A DNA stretch of 64,000 nt from Octopus sinensis (lineage: Eukaryota): contig NC_043008.1 in NCBI RefSeq assembly GCF_006345805.1, positions 21,638,001 to 21,702,000 on the forward strand, read 5' to 3'. The first letter of the stretch is position 1. The number at the start of each line of letters is the position of its first letter. Position numbers and translations under genes: made by a program. The notes beneath the pieces were generated by a model. It saw only the letters and a program-made list of their open reading frames with translations, had not been told where the DNA came from and ran no database searches. Below, one piece after another: positions 51,472 to 64,000 of the stretch.

Positions 51472-51482
51472 ATATATAATTA

Positions 51483-51514
<32 letters not shown>

Positions 51515-51517
51515 GTT

Positions 51518-51567
<50 letters not shown>

Positions 51568-51585
51568 TATATATTATATATATAG
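51312..51585. repeat. (TA)n microsatellite
   Basis: Direct reading. Confidence 0.97.
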
Positions 51586-51790
51586 CATGGTCACAGCTCG
51601 TGAGCTGAAACTAGAATCAATCAATCATATATACACACACACACACCATAATTGTTACACAGCTTGTGTGTGGGAGGTAATCTTTCTATATAATGTTTAA
51701 CAGTATTAGGAGTTTGAATTTGAAATGAAGGAATAAGGAAAAAGCGTAAAGTATGCAACATATTTAATCTTTCTTCTCGCTTTTTAGGTA

Positions 51791-51839
<49 letters not shown>

Positions 51840-52676
51840 ATGCGTGTGTGTGTGTGTGTGTGTGTTTGTGTTTGTCTGTGTGTGTTTGTATATGTAAATA
51901 TGTATATACGTAGTACGTATGTATGTACGTATGTATGTATGTATGTATGTATGTATGTATGTATGTATGTGTAAATATATATACTCACTACTCAGAAATA
52001 TCGGCATGACAACTTTTTGTCCAGTTCTGACATTGCATTGATTCTATCAAGCTTTAACTACCGTCTCATTCTCCCGAATGAATCCGAGTAGCTGAATCAA
52101 TTTATGTCACTTAAAACCGTTATTAGGAAGGAGGAGAAAACTATAATACAACTACATACTTACTCTATAAGTTGGAAAATCTGAATAGAATCGATTATTC
52201 TTACCAATCGAAAAAATATTCCACATTATGTCTTATACAATGCAATTTGAACAACGAAGCCATATTTTATAGAACACGAGGAGAGATTACTTTGCCTTAT
52301 ACTTTTTATTCCACCTCAGTAGTTTTACTATACTACTTAGAAAACGAAATTGCATGAGATTATTTTAAGGTCAGGTAGTTCAAATTATATATTAAATTAT
52401 AGTTTAGGTTATCGTTTGCTATCATAGCGGGTATCTGTTGTGACCAAAATCGGGCCGGCAAATAATCCTGAAACGGTCGCAATGATAAAGTTGTTATTTT
52501 TAAAATATCTAAAGAATTAAAATGCTTTTTTAATTATAACAATATTTTTAATAGCATGAAATATTAAAATATTAATTAGGAAGAATTTGTGTGTGAGTCT
52601 GTGTTAGTATGTGTGAGTAAGTGCGAGTGCGTGTGTGTATGTGTGTGTGTGCATACATACATAAATACGTACATAC

Positions 52677-53100
52677 AGGTGTGGCTGTGTGGTAAGAAGC
52701 TTGCTTCGCAACCTCAAGTTCTTTGGTTCAGTCTAACTACGTGGGAGCTTGGGAAAGTGTCATCTAGTCTTCTAGTATTGCCTCGGTACGACCAAAGATT
52801 TGTGAGTGGATTTGGCAGACGGAAACTAAAAGAAGCCCATCGTATATATATATATATATGTGTATGTACGTGTGTGCATATTTAGTAAGGTGTGAGTGGG
52901 TGTGTGAGTGTATCATTTTCCCCCACCATCACTTGACAACTGATGGTTGTGCGTTTACGTCCTCATAATCTAGCGGTTCAGCGAAAGAGAACGATAGAGT
53001 AAGTAACACTACTTGTCAAAAATGTCCTGGGGTCTATTCATTCGACTAAAACTTTTCGACGCAGTGCCCCAACATGGCCAGGGTCTAATGACTGAAATAT
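52677..53100 (+). mobile_element. CORE-type SINE, degenerate full length
   Basis: Family head, CORE and tail in order. Confidence 0.85.
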
Positions 53101-53850
53101 ACGACAAACGGCAAGATACTTAGACAGATAGGCAGTCAGACAGAGAGACAGACAGACAGATGAATAGATAGATAAAGAGTACATACAGACACACAGACAG
53201 ATAGACAGACAGACAGATAGACACACAGAAAGACAAATAAATGGATAGATATGTATATATATATATGTATGTATGTGCGTGTGTGTGTGTATAACGATAT
53301 TATATTTGTTACAGATAGAATTTCATGCCACTTCACATTTTTCCACGAGTTATTTGAATTAATGCGGCTGGATACGTTAAGGTACTGGTGACAGAAGTTG
53401 AGCCCTGCGTGGATTAGTTAGAAAATGAAAAGTCACACATGCTTCACTACTTTCCCATAAATCCGACGTTAGCCAAGAATTGATAGCAGACAATATTTAT
53501 GATCATTTAACGTCAAACTTGTGGACACCAAACTTGCCAGATTTAAATCCCATAGATTACTACATTTAGAGTTTTGTTGAAAGCGTGACTGATCAACATA
53601 CCTACAATACGATAACATAGCTTCGCGGAATGCCGTCATTGTTTAGATGGTGTTCGAAAAGAATAGGGAACCTTTAGTGTACGCATGTCAAGGATTCAAG
53701 TCGTGCATAGAAACGGCCATCGAAGAGGAAGGCGGATTCATAGAGTAAGCTTATGAGAAATCGCGTCAAGAGCATTTGCACAAAATATTATTAAACATAC
53801 GTTTGATTTTTGTTAGATTAGAGTTCTTTAATTAAATCACCAAAAGTGTC

Positions 53851-54244
53851 AGCTTTGTGGTAAGTAGCTTGTTTACCAACCACATGGTTCCGGGTTCAGT
53901 CCCACTGCGTGGCACCTTGTACAAGTGTCTTCTACTATAGCCTCGGGCCGACCAAAGCCTTGTGAGTGGATTTGGTAGACGGAAACTGAAAGAAGCCCGT
54001 CGTATATATGTAAATATATATATGCGTGTGTGTGTTTGTGGTCTGTGTTTGTCCCCCTAGCATTACTTGACAACCGATGCTGGTGTGTTTATGTCCCCGT
54101 TACTTAGCGGTTCGGCAAAAGAGACCGATAGAATAAGTACTGGGCTTACAAAAGAATAAGTCCCGGGGTCGAGTTGCTCGATTAAAGGCAGTGCTCCAGC
54201 ATGACCGCAGTCAAATGACTGAAACAAGTAAAGAGAGTAAAGAG

Positions 54245-54245
<1 letters not shown>
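53851..54245 (+). mobile_element. Young CORE-type SINE, slightly 5' truncated
   Basis: Close match to 49080-49490. Confidence 0.92.
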
Positions 54246-54289
<44 letters not shown>

Positions 54290-54516
54290 TATATATATAT
54301 AATAGTGTACATTTAAACACAAGAGAAACTATCTTTAACAGGTAATTTTACACGCTAGAAGAAGCACTCAAAACGACCGAAGCGACATTTAAGAGCAATT
54401 TCGAAGGGAATAAAAATAAAAACTTTTACCTTGTTAAACTTTTTACGGTTATACGTAAGTTGCAAATTTTTTTAGCAAATAAAATCATTTTCTCTCTCTC
54501 TTTCTCTCTCTCTCTC

Positions 54517-54553
<37 letters not shown>

Positions 54554-55194
54554 TTATATATATATATATATAATATATAATATATAATATATATATATAT
54601 AGATATATATATATATATATATGCATATGTATATGCATATATGCATTTATGTATATACATATATATATATTGATTAATTTTCGACAAGCACTTCTAATTT
54701 TTCCATACACGACCGTTGTAAAATGTATTGATTATCATAACGTACAGCCTCGCCATTGCTCCATGTGTCTCTGTTAAATGGTAGTATTTAAAAAATCAAT
54801 AAACAGTGTATTGATTTAAATAGACGATTTAATAATAAATCTTCCTTCACATACTTGTGCAGATCCCATATTAAATACAATCTCCCTCTCAAACCAAACA
54901 CACACACACACACACACACACATACTACACGTAGCCACACATATATTAGGGGTTGCTGAAACGTTCTTGGCTTTGGGTAAGGGAAAACACGGGAGGATCA
55001 GCTAATTATGATTCTATTCAACACATTCATTTTATTCACATTTACGCTCTTATTGCAGTGGTCCTTCAAGTTTTCTAAGCCCAGTGGAAGAATAGCCTTA
55101 AAGCCAGGAACTTTTCAGTAACCACTTGTATTTGTCTGTGTGTGTGTGTGTATCGAGAGACAGATTAACACACCGTGATGCAGTATTCTTTTCT

Positions 55195-55329
55195 ACTCTA
55201 GGCACAAGGCCCGAAATTTAGGGGGTATGGGCTAGTCGATTAAATCGACCCCAGTAGGCAACTGGTACTTAATTTATCTACTCCGAAAGGATGAAAAGCA
55301 AAGTCAACTTCGGCGGAATTTGAACTCTG
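55195..55329 (-). mobile_element. SINE family 2 fragment
   Basis: GAAAGGATGAAAAGCAAAGTCAACTTCGGCGGAATTTGAACTC. Confidence 0.82.
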
Positions 55330-55720
55330 CTGGGCCCTTTCTCTTGGCTGAGAGCAGTGTGGAGGATAATCCTCGTTGTAAGGCTTCTGACATAGCAGAA
55401 CAAGTTGATGTCAGTCCCAGAACAGCTCTCAGGTAAATCCACAAACTTAGTTACTATGGCAAAGCAGCAATAAAGAAGCCGCTTCTACGTCCAGCCAACA
55501 TCAAGCAGAGAAAAGATTGGACCAGTGAGAGGGTGGAGAGGCCATTAGCAATTGGGAACGCTGTCACATTCTCTGATGAGTCCAGATTTGCTATATTTCC
55601 GGATAATGGTCGACTGTGGGCCTGGAGACTCTGTGTTCAAGAATTTGATGTGAAAAGATTGCAGCCAACAATGAAACACGGTAGCTATACTATGATGGTC
55701 TGGGGAGCAATGGCTGATCA
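55330..55720 (+). pseudogene. Tc1-type transposase fragment
   Basis: KAAIKKPLLRPANIKQR, then VTFSDESRF..KRLQPTMKHGSYTMMVWGAM; these are Tc1 motifs (KKP, FSDESRF, PTVKHG..MVWG). Confidence 0.9.
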
Positions 55721-55785
55721 TTCATACATACACACATACATACATACATACATACATACATACATACATACATACATAATACTAC

Positions 55786-55825
<40 letters not shown>

Positions 55826-55966
55826 ATATTCACAACGACCTCGAACACACAAGTGCAAACAAGGGAGACAGAGAAAGGCAGAATGCCACTTATATTTGAA
55901 CACTATACAAATATTCCTTTAAAAAAACTTTTCTTTTAATTTTTCTAAATTTAATTATTTAATCGT

Positions 55967-56008
55967 TACAGTTGAAAAGGTCTCAAAATGGCCGAAACCG
56001 GTACTGGA
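55967..56008 (+). ncRNA. Hammerhead motif with U3-A8 core variant
   Basis: CAG-TTGAAAA-GGTC tcaaaat GGCC-GAAA-CCGG-TA-CTG. Element spans about 55875-56058 and ends at (TA)n. A sister copy at 38545-38706 has TTGAAGA and lacks the GAAA half. Confidence 0.68.
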
Positions 56009-56054
56009 ATGTTCTTTATGAAATTATTTTAGCATTTTCTATCTTGACTTGTTT

Positions 56055-56105
<51 letters not shown>

Positions 56106-56660
56106 ATACATACCCGACGGTCTTCCGAACAGTTTCCGGCTATCAGATACATTCACTAGGCATCGGTCGATCCTGAACTACGTTTGAAGTCATTTGTTCC
56201 TGATGGCGCACAGTGGGACCTAATCCGAAACCGTGTGATTGCAAAGCGGGTTCCTTAACCACTGAACTGTGATGGTTATTTCAATGCAATATATTCAAGA
56301 TATTGAATTTTCAACAACGCGATGTAATAAGCGGGTGAATGATAGATGGACGGACAAATACCTAAATTCCATGTTTCCATCTTCAAGTATTTCAGGTGCA
56401 AAACAGGGTTACTTTAAATTAAGCTAAAGCTAATCCGTTTTCCTAATCCTTAAGAATTATTCGGGGGATTTAAGGAGACATATTGATCTGAGTGGAATGT
56501 TGATTTATCATCTCAGAAGATTTATCTCGCAGGAGGAATGAACTCTATATTACAAGATAACAAACCTTACATCATTTTCATATTGCTGTTTCTGTTATTA
56601 GTTGCCAAACGAATCAGGGATATAATGCTGTTCACAAAATACGAACCCTCAACCTCTTCA

Positions 56661-56852
56661 TTCAGTTTTTGTCATCCAAGAATAAAGTTTTTGTCATCCA
56701 AGAAAAAGTATAAGGCAAAGTAATCTCTCCTCGTGTTCTATAAAATATGGCTTCGTTGTTCAAATTGCATTGTATAAGACATAATGTGGAATATTTTTTC
56801 GATTGGTAAGAATAATCCATTCTATTCAGATTTTCTTGGATGACAAAAACTG
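56661..56852. mobile_element. Short MITE-like element with about 20-bp inverted termini
   Basis: CAGTTTTTGTCATCCAAGAA (present twice at the left end) versus TTCTTGGATGACAAAAACTG. The core is an inverted near-identical copy of about 52176-52309. Confidence 0.7.
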
Positions 56853-56889
56853 CATCATCTTTGATAAAATAATCAACAAGTACATAACG

Positions 56890-57469
56890 GTTTCAAATTT
56901 TGACACGAGGCCAGCAATCTTAGTGGGAGGGTGTGAGCCGATTGTATCGACCCCCAGTGTTTGACTGGTGATTTATCGCCTCCAAAAGGATGAAAAGTAA
57001 AGTTGACATCGGTGGGCTTTTAACAGAGAATGTAAAGAGCTGGAAGAGATACCTATTTCTTTACTACCCACAAGGGGCTAAACAGAGAGAGAACAAACAA
57101 GGACAGACATGCGAATTAAGTCGATTATATCGACCCAAGTGTGTAACTGGTATTTATTTAATCGACCCCGAAAGGATGAAAGGCAATGTCGACCTCGGCG
57201 GAATTTTGAACTCAGAACGTAGCGGCAGACGAAATACCCATTTCTTTATCACCCACAAGGGGCTAAACATAGAGGGGACAAACAAGGACAGACATGCGGA
57301 TTAAGTCGATTACATCGACTCCAGTGCGTAACTGGTACTTTATGTATCGGCCCCGAAAGGATGAAAGGCAAAGTCGACCTCGGCGGAATTTGAACTCAGA
57401 ACGTAGCGGCAGACGAAATACCGCTAAGCATTTTGTCCGACGCACTATCGATTCTACAAGCTTGCCGCC
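56890..57469 (-). mobile_element. SINE family 2 trimer
   Basis: Three bodies separated by two CCCACAAGGGGCTAAACA linkers (about 57050-57115 and 57240-57300). Confidence 0.9.
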
Positions 57470-58199
57470 TAACTCGCCTGACTCACTATAATCTTAACAA
57501 TGTGCCAGCTAACTACCTGACAGCTTTATTTAGAAGGGAAAAGGTAGAATGTGGTGGCTTTCAAGCCTTTCCCAATGTTATTCTTATCATGAAGGTATAT
57601 GAAAACACTTCGACGAGAGAGATATTGAGATTGCTTCATTCTCTCCATTTGCCAAGAGTATATCTTTTGATCATTCGTTGGCAATTCAACGAATTCATCA
57701 TTAAAGATCTGAACTATATAACCCTCAAATAAAAGTGTTGTTAAATGTTTAACATTGCTGACCTCAAAATGTCTGCTATCGCTGTATTAAAATTTTTAAA
57801 AACAGTGTTGTTCAATGCTTTGACATTGCTGTATTTAAATTTGAAAAACATCAATCCTCAGCTACGCTATCGTTAGGCACTCTATCTTTGCTTTAGTGAA
57901 AGGTTTAGCGTTCATGTCGTTCCATGCCTGACGTCACTGTATTTAAATCTTTGACATAGTAGTACGGAAGCTCACGCTGTTACAGCGCGTCGCTGCATCC
58001 ACCATTTGTTAGCAATTCTCTACTCCTGGCGAATAACACCTTTGCACCTCTCAAGCGAAAACCCTTCAACCCATGGCTCTGTTTGGGTTGTCGTTGCTGG
58101 TGAGATTTTTTAGGAGTCGGAGTGCAAAAGCTACCCCAAGCTCTTCTAGTTGCCTCTCAAGACACGCAAAGGAAACGTTGGGTCTTTTCTTTGATATGC

Positions 58200-58332
58200 C
58201 GGTCCCTGTGCAGTCGAGAAAAGTGAACTGATGTGTTTCGCTCAGGAACACAATACGTTGCTCGATCCGGGAACCGAACTTACTGTCCGGCGATCGTGAA
58301 TGCAACGTTTTAACCTCTCAACTATACGCCTT
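58200..58332 (-). mobile_element. tRNA-headed SINE head fragment
   Basis: Minus: GTGAAGGCGTATAGTTGAGAGGTTAA...AGTTCGGTTCCCGG...TGTGTTCCTGAGCGAAAC. Confidence 0.6.
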
Positions 58333-58603
58333 CACAACAGAGCTGGGTTTTTTTCTATTACTGCAACAGGCTTTGAAATTTTAAAATTAAGTGAACATGT
58401 TCTAACTTGGTATACTAATGTAGTTTTTCACACTGGGTTTGATTTTGTTATTCATTTGTTTCAAATACACTTCTCTACAACAACCAGGTTTCATTAGAAA
58501 ATGAAAATAGTTTCACACTTTCAATTTGAACAAGATTACAAAGTGTTGCATTACGAGAGTAACGATGTATGAATAATGAAAGTAATGTTTCTCCGAATTA
58601 GTC

Positions 58604-59100
58604 ACATCTATATTATAATAAAGAAAACTGCTTATTATCTATCAACGGAATAAACTGTTTTTGACTCAACAACTCTTCTATACAACTAAAATAACCTCGG
58701 CAACTAGGTTGGGTCGACAGTTTTGAGGTCATTTTCGGACAATATTTTGATTTGCATCTAATGTTTCACACATACGTAGAATTCTACTCAGATGAACATT
58801 TACGAAAATATACACATAAATATTGTATTAAAGTAAGCCGCAACCAAAATAATTGCATTAAAACATTCATTGTTTTCTATCTGTTATAAGGAAATACAGT
58901 CTCACTCACTCACTCACACACATTCTCTATCTCACATACACCCACGCACACACACTCACATATACACGCACAAAAAGATGTATGCATATGTATTTATGAG
59001 AGAAGGTAAAGAATGCGCACTCCCGCTGTTTAGGGTTAGGATTAGGGTTAGAGTTAGGGTTAAAGTTACGCTGAAAACGGCAGGTGTGCGTAATCTCTAC
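58604..59100 (+). mobile_element. Possible non-autonomous Helitron-like element with internal (TTAGGG)n
   Basis: Starts TCTATATTATAATAAAG (Helitron-like TC start); TTAGGG variants at 59031-59062. No clear CTAG end. Confidence 0.35.
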
Positions 59101-60675
59101 CTCCACTTATATGAAAGATATGTGTGTGTATGTGTGTGTGTAAAAGAGAGAGAGAGAGAGAGAGGGGGAGAGAGTGGCATTTACACATAGATGCAAAAAG
59201 ATCATACATGACAACACACACCTTCACGCACTCTCTCTTTCTCTCTCCCTTTCTCTCTCTCTCACACACACGCACGTCCATTTCATACACACGTACATCT
59301 TGCACGTTCTCCTCTCTTTTACTTTCTCCTCTCACTTCAAAGCAAATGTCATCTTTTCACTTTGTCTCCTCTGTATTGCTTTCTTCAAAGCATGCACAAA
59401 TTAAAACAATATCAACCGAATCGTTGTGTTAACAACAAATATCCGTCAATTGTAAATAATGTAAATAATTGTGTGGGAATTAACGAACAATCATATGATC
59501 CCATAAATGTCGAATTGATAACTTTGCTTCTTCAATCGAAAGACTGCCATAGAATAACTTCCTTTGACAGATACACACATACACATATTCTAGGGAAAGC
59601 TCCTGTGCGAATACTGTTAATTCTTGCAATGTGCACGCGCAAATTTAAAGCTCAAATCCAATTGAAATGATGTTTTCTATTATGTAATTTGCGTTTGTAA
59701 TGAGCGTATTTAAAAACCTGATCTTTGATATAAACTTAAAAGGAAGTTTTCTCAGGAATTCTGTCCTTTACCTCTTTTTCTAGCATGTCCGAGGTGACAT
59801 TTCCGTACCCACCTTATTTTTTCCCTAAATTTCTTCCGATTCTTATGTTTGCGATACACGAGATTAGGATTTCACCTACAAAACGCGTTCTCAATATTTT
59901 AATTTTCACCCTCTCCACACCAAATTATTTTTTACTCTTTTCAAATTTTTATTCTTTGTATCCATGAAGAAAAAACAGAGAGTACGAATCTTTAAGAATT
60001 TTACCCATCGCCTCACCACTTTCAAAAGGCTACACACTCCCATTGTTTCACTTTTAACGGTTTGGAAAGCGGGGAGGTTTCTTCAGAAATAATGACGTTT
60101 ACATATTGCTTCTAACATGTCGGGTTTTTTTGGTGGTGGTCTCGTATCTTTTAAGTCTACTATTTCAGTAGAATTCTACACATGCAGTTAACATCAAACT
60201 AAGTAGAAAGAGTAGGAGATTTTAGCTTTTTGAAAACTGGTAGGTGATGGTTGGATGAAGTGTGGGAAGGGGCATTGAGTGTTTCTTTAAGAAAAATTAA
60301 ACTATCATATATATATGTATATATATATATAATTCCCAGATTCGTAATCTCTGTATTTTTCAATGTAGATAACAAAAACAAATGTTACAAATTAAGAAAT
60401 TGCGGTGTAGATAGGGGGAAATTAAAATTTTGAAAACGTGATTTCTGCACAAAATCGTATTCACCCCTTTTTATACGATGAAACAATACATAATTTCTGA
60501 TCCTTCTTAAGAACAGAAAGCATTTGCTTGTAAACGCATGGACATTGTACCCTCGTCCTTCACTATTAAACAAACAATAACTTCTATTAATTCTTCCCAT
60601 AAGGAGTAAATAATACAACGTACTTGTAGAGGCCTTAAGACCCGGGATGCATTGCTAGTTAGTGTGTGTGTCTAT

Positions 60676-61086
60676 TACTCTTTTACTCTTTTACTTGTTT
60701 CAGTCATTTGACTGTGGCCATGCTGGAGCACCGTCTTTAGTCGAGCAAATCGACCCCAGGACTTATTCTTTGTAAGCCTAGTACTTATTCTATCGGTTTC
60801 TTTTGCCGAACCGCTAAGTTATGGGGACGTAAACACACCAACATCGGTTGCCAAGCAATGTTGGGGGACAAACAGACACACACAAACACACACACACATA
60901 TATATACATATATACACATATATACGACGGGCTTCTTTCAGTTTCCGTCTACCAAATCCACTCACAAGGCTTTGGTCGGTTCTTGGCTATAGTAGAAAAC
61001 ACTTCCCCAAGGTGCCACGCAGCGGGACAGAACACGGAACCATGTGGTTCGTAAGCAAGCTACTTACCACACAGCCACTCCTACGT
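60676..61086 (-). mobile_element. Full-length CORE-type SINE
   Basis: Family match. Confidence 0.92.
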
Positions 61087-61147
61087 CTATGTATATATTT
61101 CTAATATTTCTGTATATGTATGTATTTTTGTGTATGTATGTCGTTCG

Positions 61148-61272
<125 letters not shown>

Positions 61273-61850
61273 GTTCACGGTTCTGTGTGCGCGAGTAAGA
61301 TATGAAGTATTGTTTGTAGAATTGGGTTGGAAAAATATGGTATGATGAAGAATGATTGCAATAAATATGCTTGAAATGCAGAAGTCGTTACTTTGATGAA
61401 TACTTTTCCTGTTCACGTTTCAATTGTAAACTCATGAAAAAGGAAGAGAGATTCTCATTGTCCAGAATATATGTCATATCGCTAAAAGATATAAATCTCG
61501 TGTTGAAGCAAATAAACTCATATGTAGGACAGAGTTTATATCTTGTCGTTTTATGAACTAATGCCATACGTTCAATATATATTGTTTACAAATATTGCTT
61601 TAACGCTGACAGCACACGAGAGATGAATGGAAATATTTAAAGAGAAAGAATAAGATAAATCATTATTTTCAATGGGTGAAAGTATCACTGTAATTTCCAG
61701 TGGGGAAAATCGACATAATCGATGATCAATCAATACAGATAGACACCGCTTTGAAATTCACACAATAAGGATGATTAAGAAGGTGAGAGACACATGCATA
61801 CCTGCACACCAACAAACATACATGCATAAACAAACATATATAATCACATA

Positions 61851-62250
61851 GGCGTAGGAGTGGCTGTGTGGTAAGTAGCTTGCTTACCAGCCACATGGTT
61901 CCGGGTTCAGTCCCACTGCGTGGCACCTTGGGCAAGTGTCTTCTACTATAACCTCGGGCCGACCAAAGCCTTGTGAGTGGATTTGGTAGACGGAAACTGA
62001 AAGAAGCCCGTCGTATATACGTATATGTATATGTGTGTGTTTGTGTGTTTGTGTTTGTCCCCCACCCCAACATCGCTTGACAGCCGATGCTGGTGTGTTT
62101 ACGTCCCTGTAACGTAGCGGTTCGGCAAAAGAGACCGATAGATTAAGTACTAGGCTTACAAAGAATAAGTCCTGGGTTCGGTGTACTCGACAAAAGGCGG
62201 TGCTCCAGCATGGCCACAGTCAAATGACTGAAACAAGCAAAAGAGTAAAG
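61851..62250 (+). mobile_element. Full-length CORE-type SINE
   Basis: Family match. Confidence 0.92.
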
Positions 62251-62789
62251 TGTATATATAATTGATGACATTATTCTTTGCTCATCTTGGATACTGGTTT
62301 TCACAATTTTGTGAATTAACGAACTAATCTTCAGGTGTGCACGCACTTTTAAAAGCTTCCAATATATTTTTCATAACAAGATATTAAGAAAAGATTTATA
62401 TCAATTCTTTCCAACATCTATTTTAGCAAATAATCACCACTCAATTCTCGAACTTAAAAGATTATACTGTAACAAGAAATATCTTTTCGTGTCAATCAGC
62501 TAGACATTATGTTAGTATTACACTTTTAATGCTATAATTGGAAAAAAAATCGACAGACTTTATTAAATACAGCTACCTAGGATTTTCCTGGTCGAAAAAA
62601 TAATCATTTATTTCGCCATTTTTCAAGCTGAGAACAACACCATTTGTTAGTTATTTTATCTTTCAGTAATTTATCATATTATATATGAAATATAGATGTT
62701 GTGTGATTAGTAATTGTCTAGAAGCTAAATCCTCCTTCGACATGAAAATATGTATACAAAGTAGTTTTGCTCTAATATTTAATTACTTT

Positions 62790-63418
62790 ATCGATATCTT
62801 TGTTGAACCGCTATGTTACGAGGGTGTATACAAAGATTCACACAAAGACATACACGTACATACACACACACACACATACAAAGATTCGCACAAGCACATA
62901 CACATACACACACATGTATATATACACAGTGGACTTCCATACAGTTTCTGTCTACTAGATTCATTCACAAGTCATCGAGGGTCCCAGGGCTATTGTAGAA
63001 AATACTTGCTCGAGGTGCCGCGCAGTGGGACTGAAACCAAAACCTCGTGGTTGCAAGGCAAGCTTCTTTACCATACACCCAACAGGTAACTGTGCTCATC
63101 TGATAATTATTTCATCGACCCTGAATGGATGAGAGGCAAAATCGATCTCGGAAGCATTTAAACACAGAACGCAAAATCAGCTAAAATACCTATTTCTTTA
63201 CTACCCACAAGGGTCTAAACACTGAGGGGACAAACAAGGACTGACAAACAGATTAAGTCGATTATATCGACCCCAGTGCGTAACTGGTACTTTATTTATC
63301 GAGCCCGAAAGGATGAAAGGCAAAGTCGACCTCGGCGGAATTTGAGCTCAGAACGTAACGGCAGACGAAATACGGCTACGCATTTCGCCCGGCGCGCTAA
63401 CGTTTCTGCCAGCTCGCC
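62790..63418 (-). mobile_element. CORE-type SINE (62790-63080) followed by a SINE family 2 dimer (63085-63418)
   Basis: Family motifs, and the dimer linker at about 63185-63255. Confidence 0.87.
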
Positions 63419-63521
63419 TTATATGTATGTTTGTATTATGTATGCATGCATGTATGTACGCATGTATGTATGTATGTATGTATGTATGTATGTATGTATG
63501 TATTTATGTATGTATGTATGC

Positions 63522-63836
63522 GTGCATGAACTCAAAAGTCATCTTCGTAGTCATAAAGCGAGACAGATGAGTGACAACCTGGCCACTGGTGGTGGTGTAA
63601 CACACCATACTAATCATATCTGTCGGGCATGTGAAAGAGAGTGTAATTCGGCAGGAGGACTTAAACGACATGTAAAGGTACATGAAGCCCAGTTACAACT
63701 ACAGCCGGCTATTACCGGTAAAGGTTTTAGTTGCCAATTTTGTACAAGACATTGTAGATCTTTACCTGGGCTAAAAAGTCACATCCGATCACAGCCCCAG
63801 TAACAGTTAAGCTTCGTGCAATGGCCATACTCGATA
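63522..63836 (+). pseudogene. C2H2 zinc-finger-bearing 3' end of an RTE-type LINE, embedded in (TATG)n
   Basis: HELKSHLRSH, CRACERECNSAGGLKRHVKVH (C-x2-C-x12-H-x3-H), CQFCTRHCRSLPGLKSHIRSQ*. No TGEKP linkers; the GLxSHxR ending is typical of RTE ORF C-termini. Confidence 0.7.
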
Positions 63837-64000
63837 AATGTATGTATGTATGTATGTATGTATGTATGTATGTATGTATGTATGTATGTATGTATGTATG
63901 TATGTTTTGTCTTATGTATGTATTCTCATGCATATAGTTGCATGTCTAAAGATGCTCATATATACTTAAATGATAACCTTCTGGAAATCTGGAAAGCTTT

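Overview
AT-rich, repeat-saturated eukaryotic DNA with no recognisable host gene. The SINE set (tRNA-headed CORE-type and related families), very long (TA)n/(CA)n/(TATG)n tracts and TTAGGG motifs point to a coleoid cephalopod, most likely Octopus; this is an inference from repeat content. Nearly all ORFs in the track are microsatellite translations. The real coding remnants are all dead transposons: CR1 and RTE LINEs, a Penelope-like RT, mariner, Tc1, hAT, and a Helitron helicase end present three times in a recent tandem duplication. An orphan 18S rRNA fragment sits at the start. The main signal is absent from the ORF track: about 18 near-complete type I hammerhead ribozyme (HHR) motifs plus 2 truncated ones, from roughly 12 unrelated sequence families. 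Almost all have a self-complementary stem III (dimeric-HHR type). They lie in short non-coding elements whose 3' ends abut (TA)n tracts and which often form head-to-head inverted or partial-tandem structures. This fits a diverse population of retrozyme / non-autonomous Penelope-like elements, including a tRNA-headed SINE with an HHR tail. All structures were folded by eye, activity is untested, and most boundaries are approximate to about 10-20 bp.
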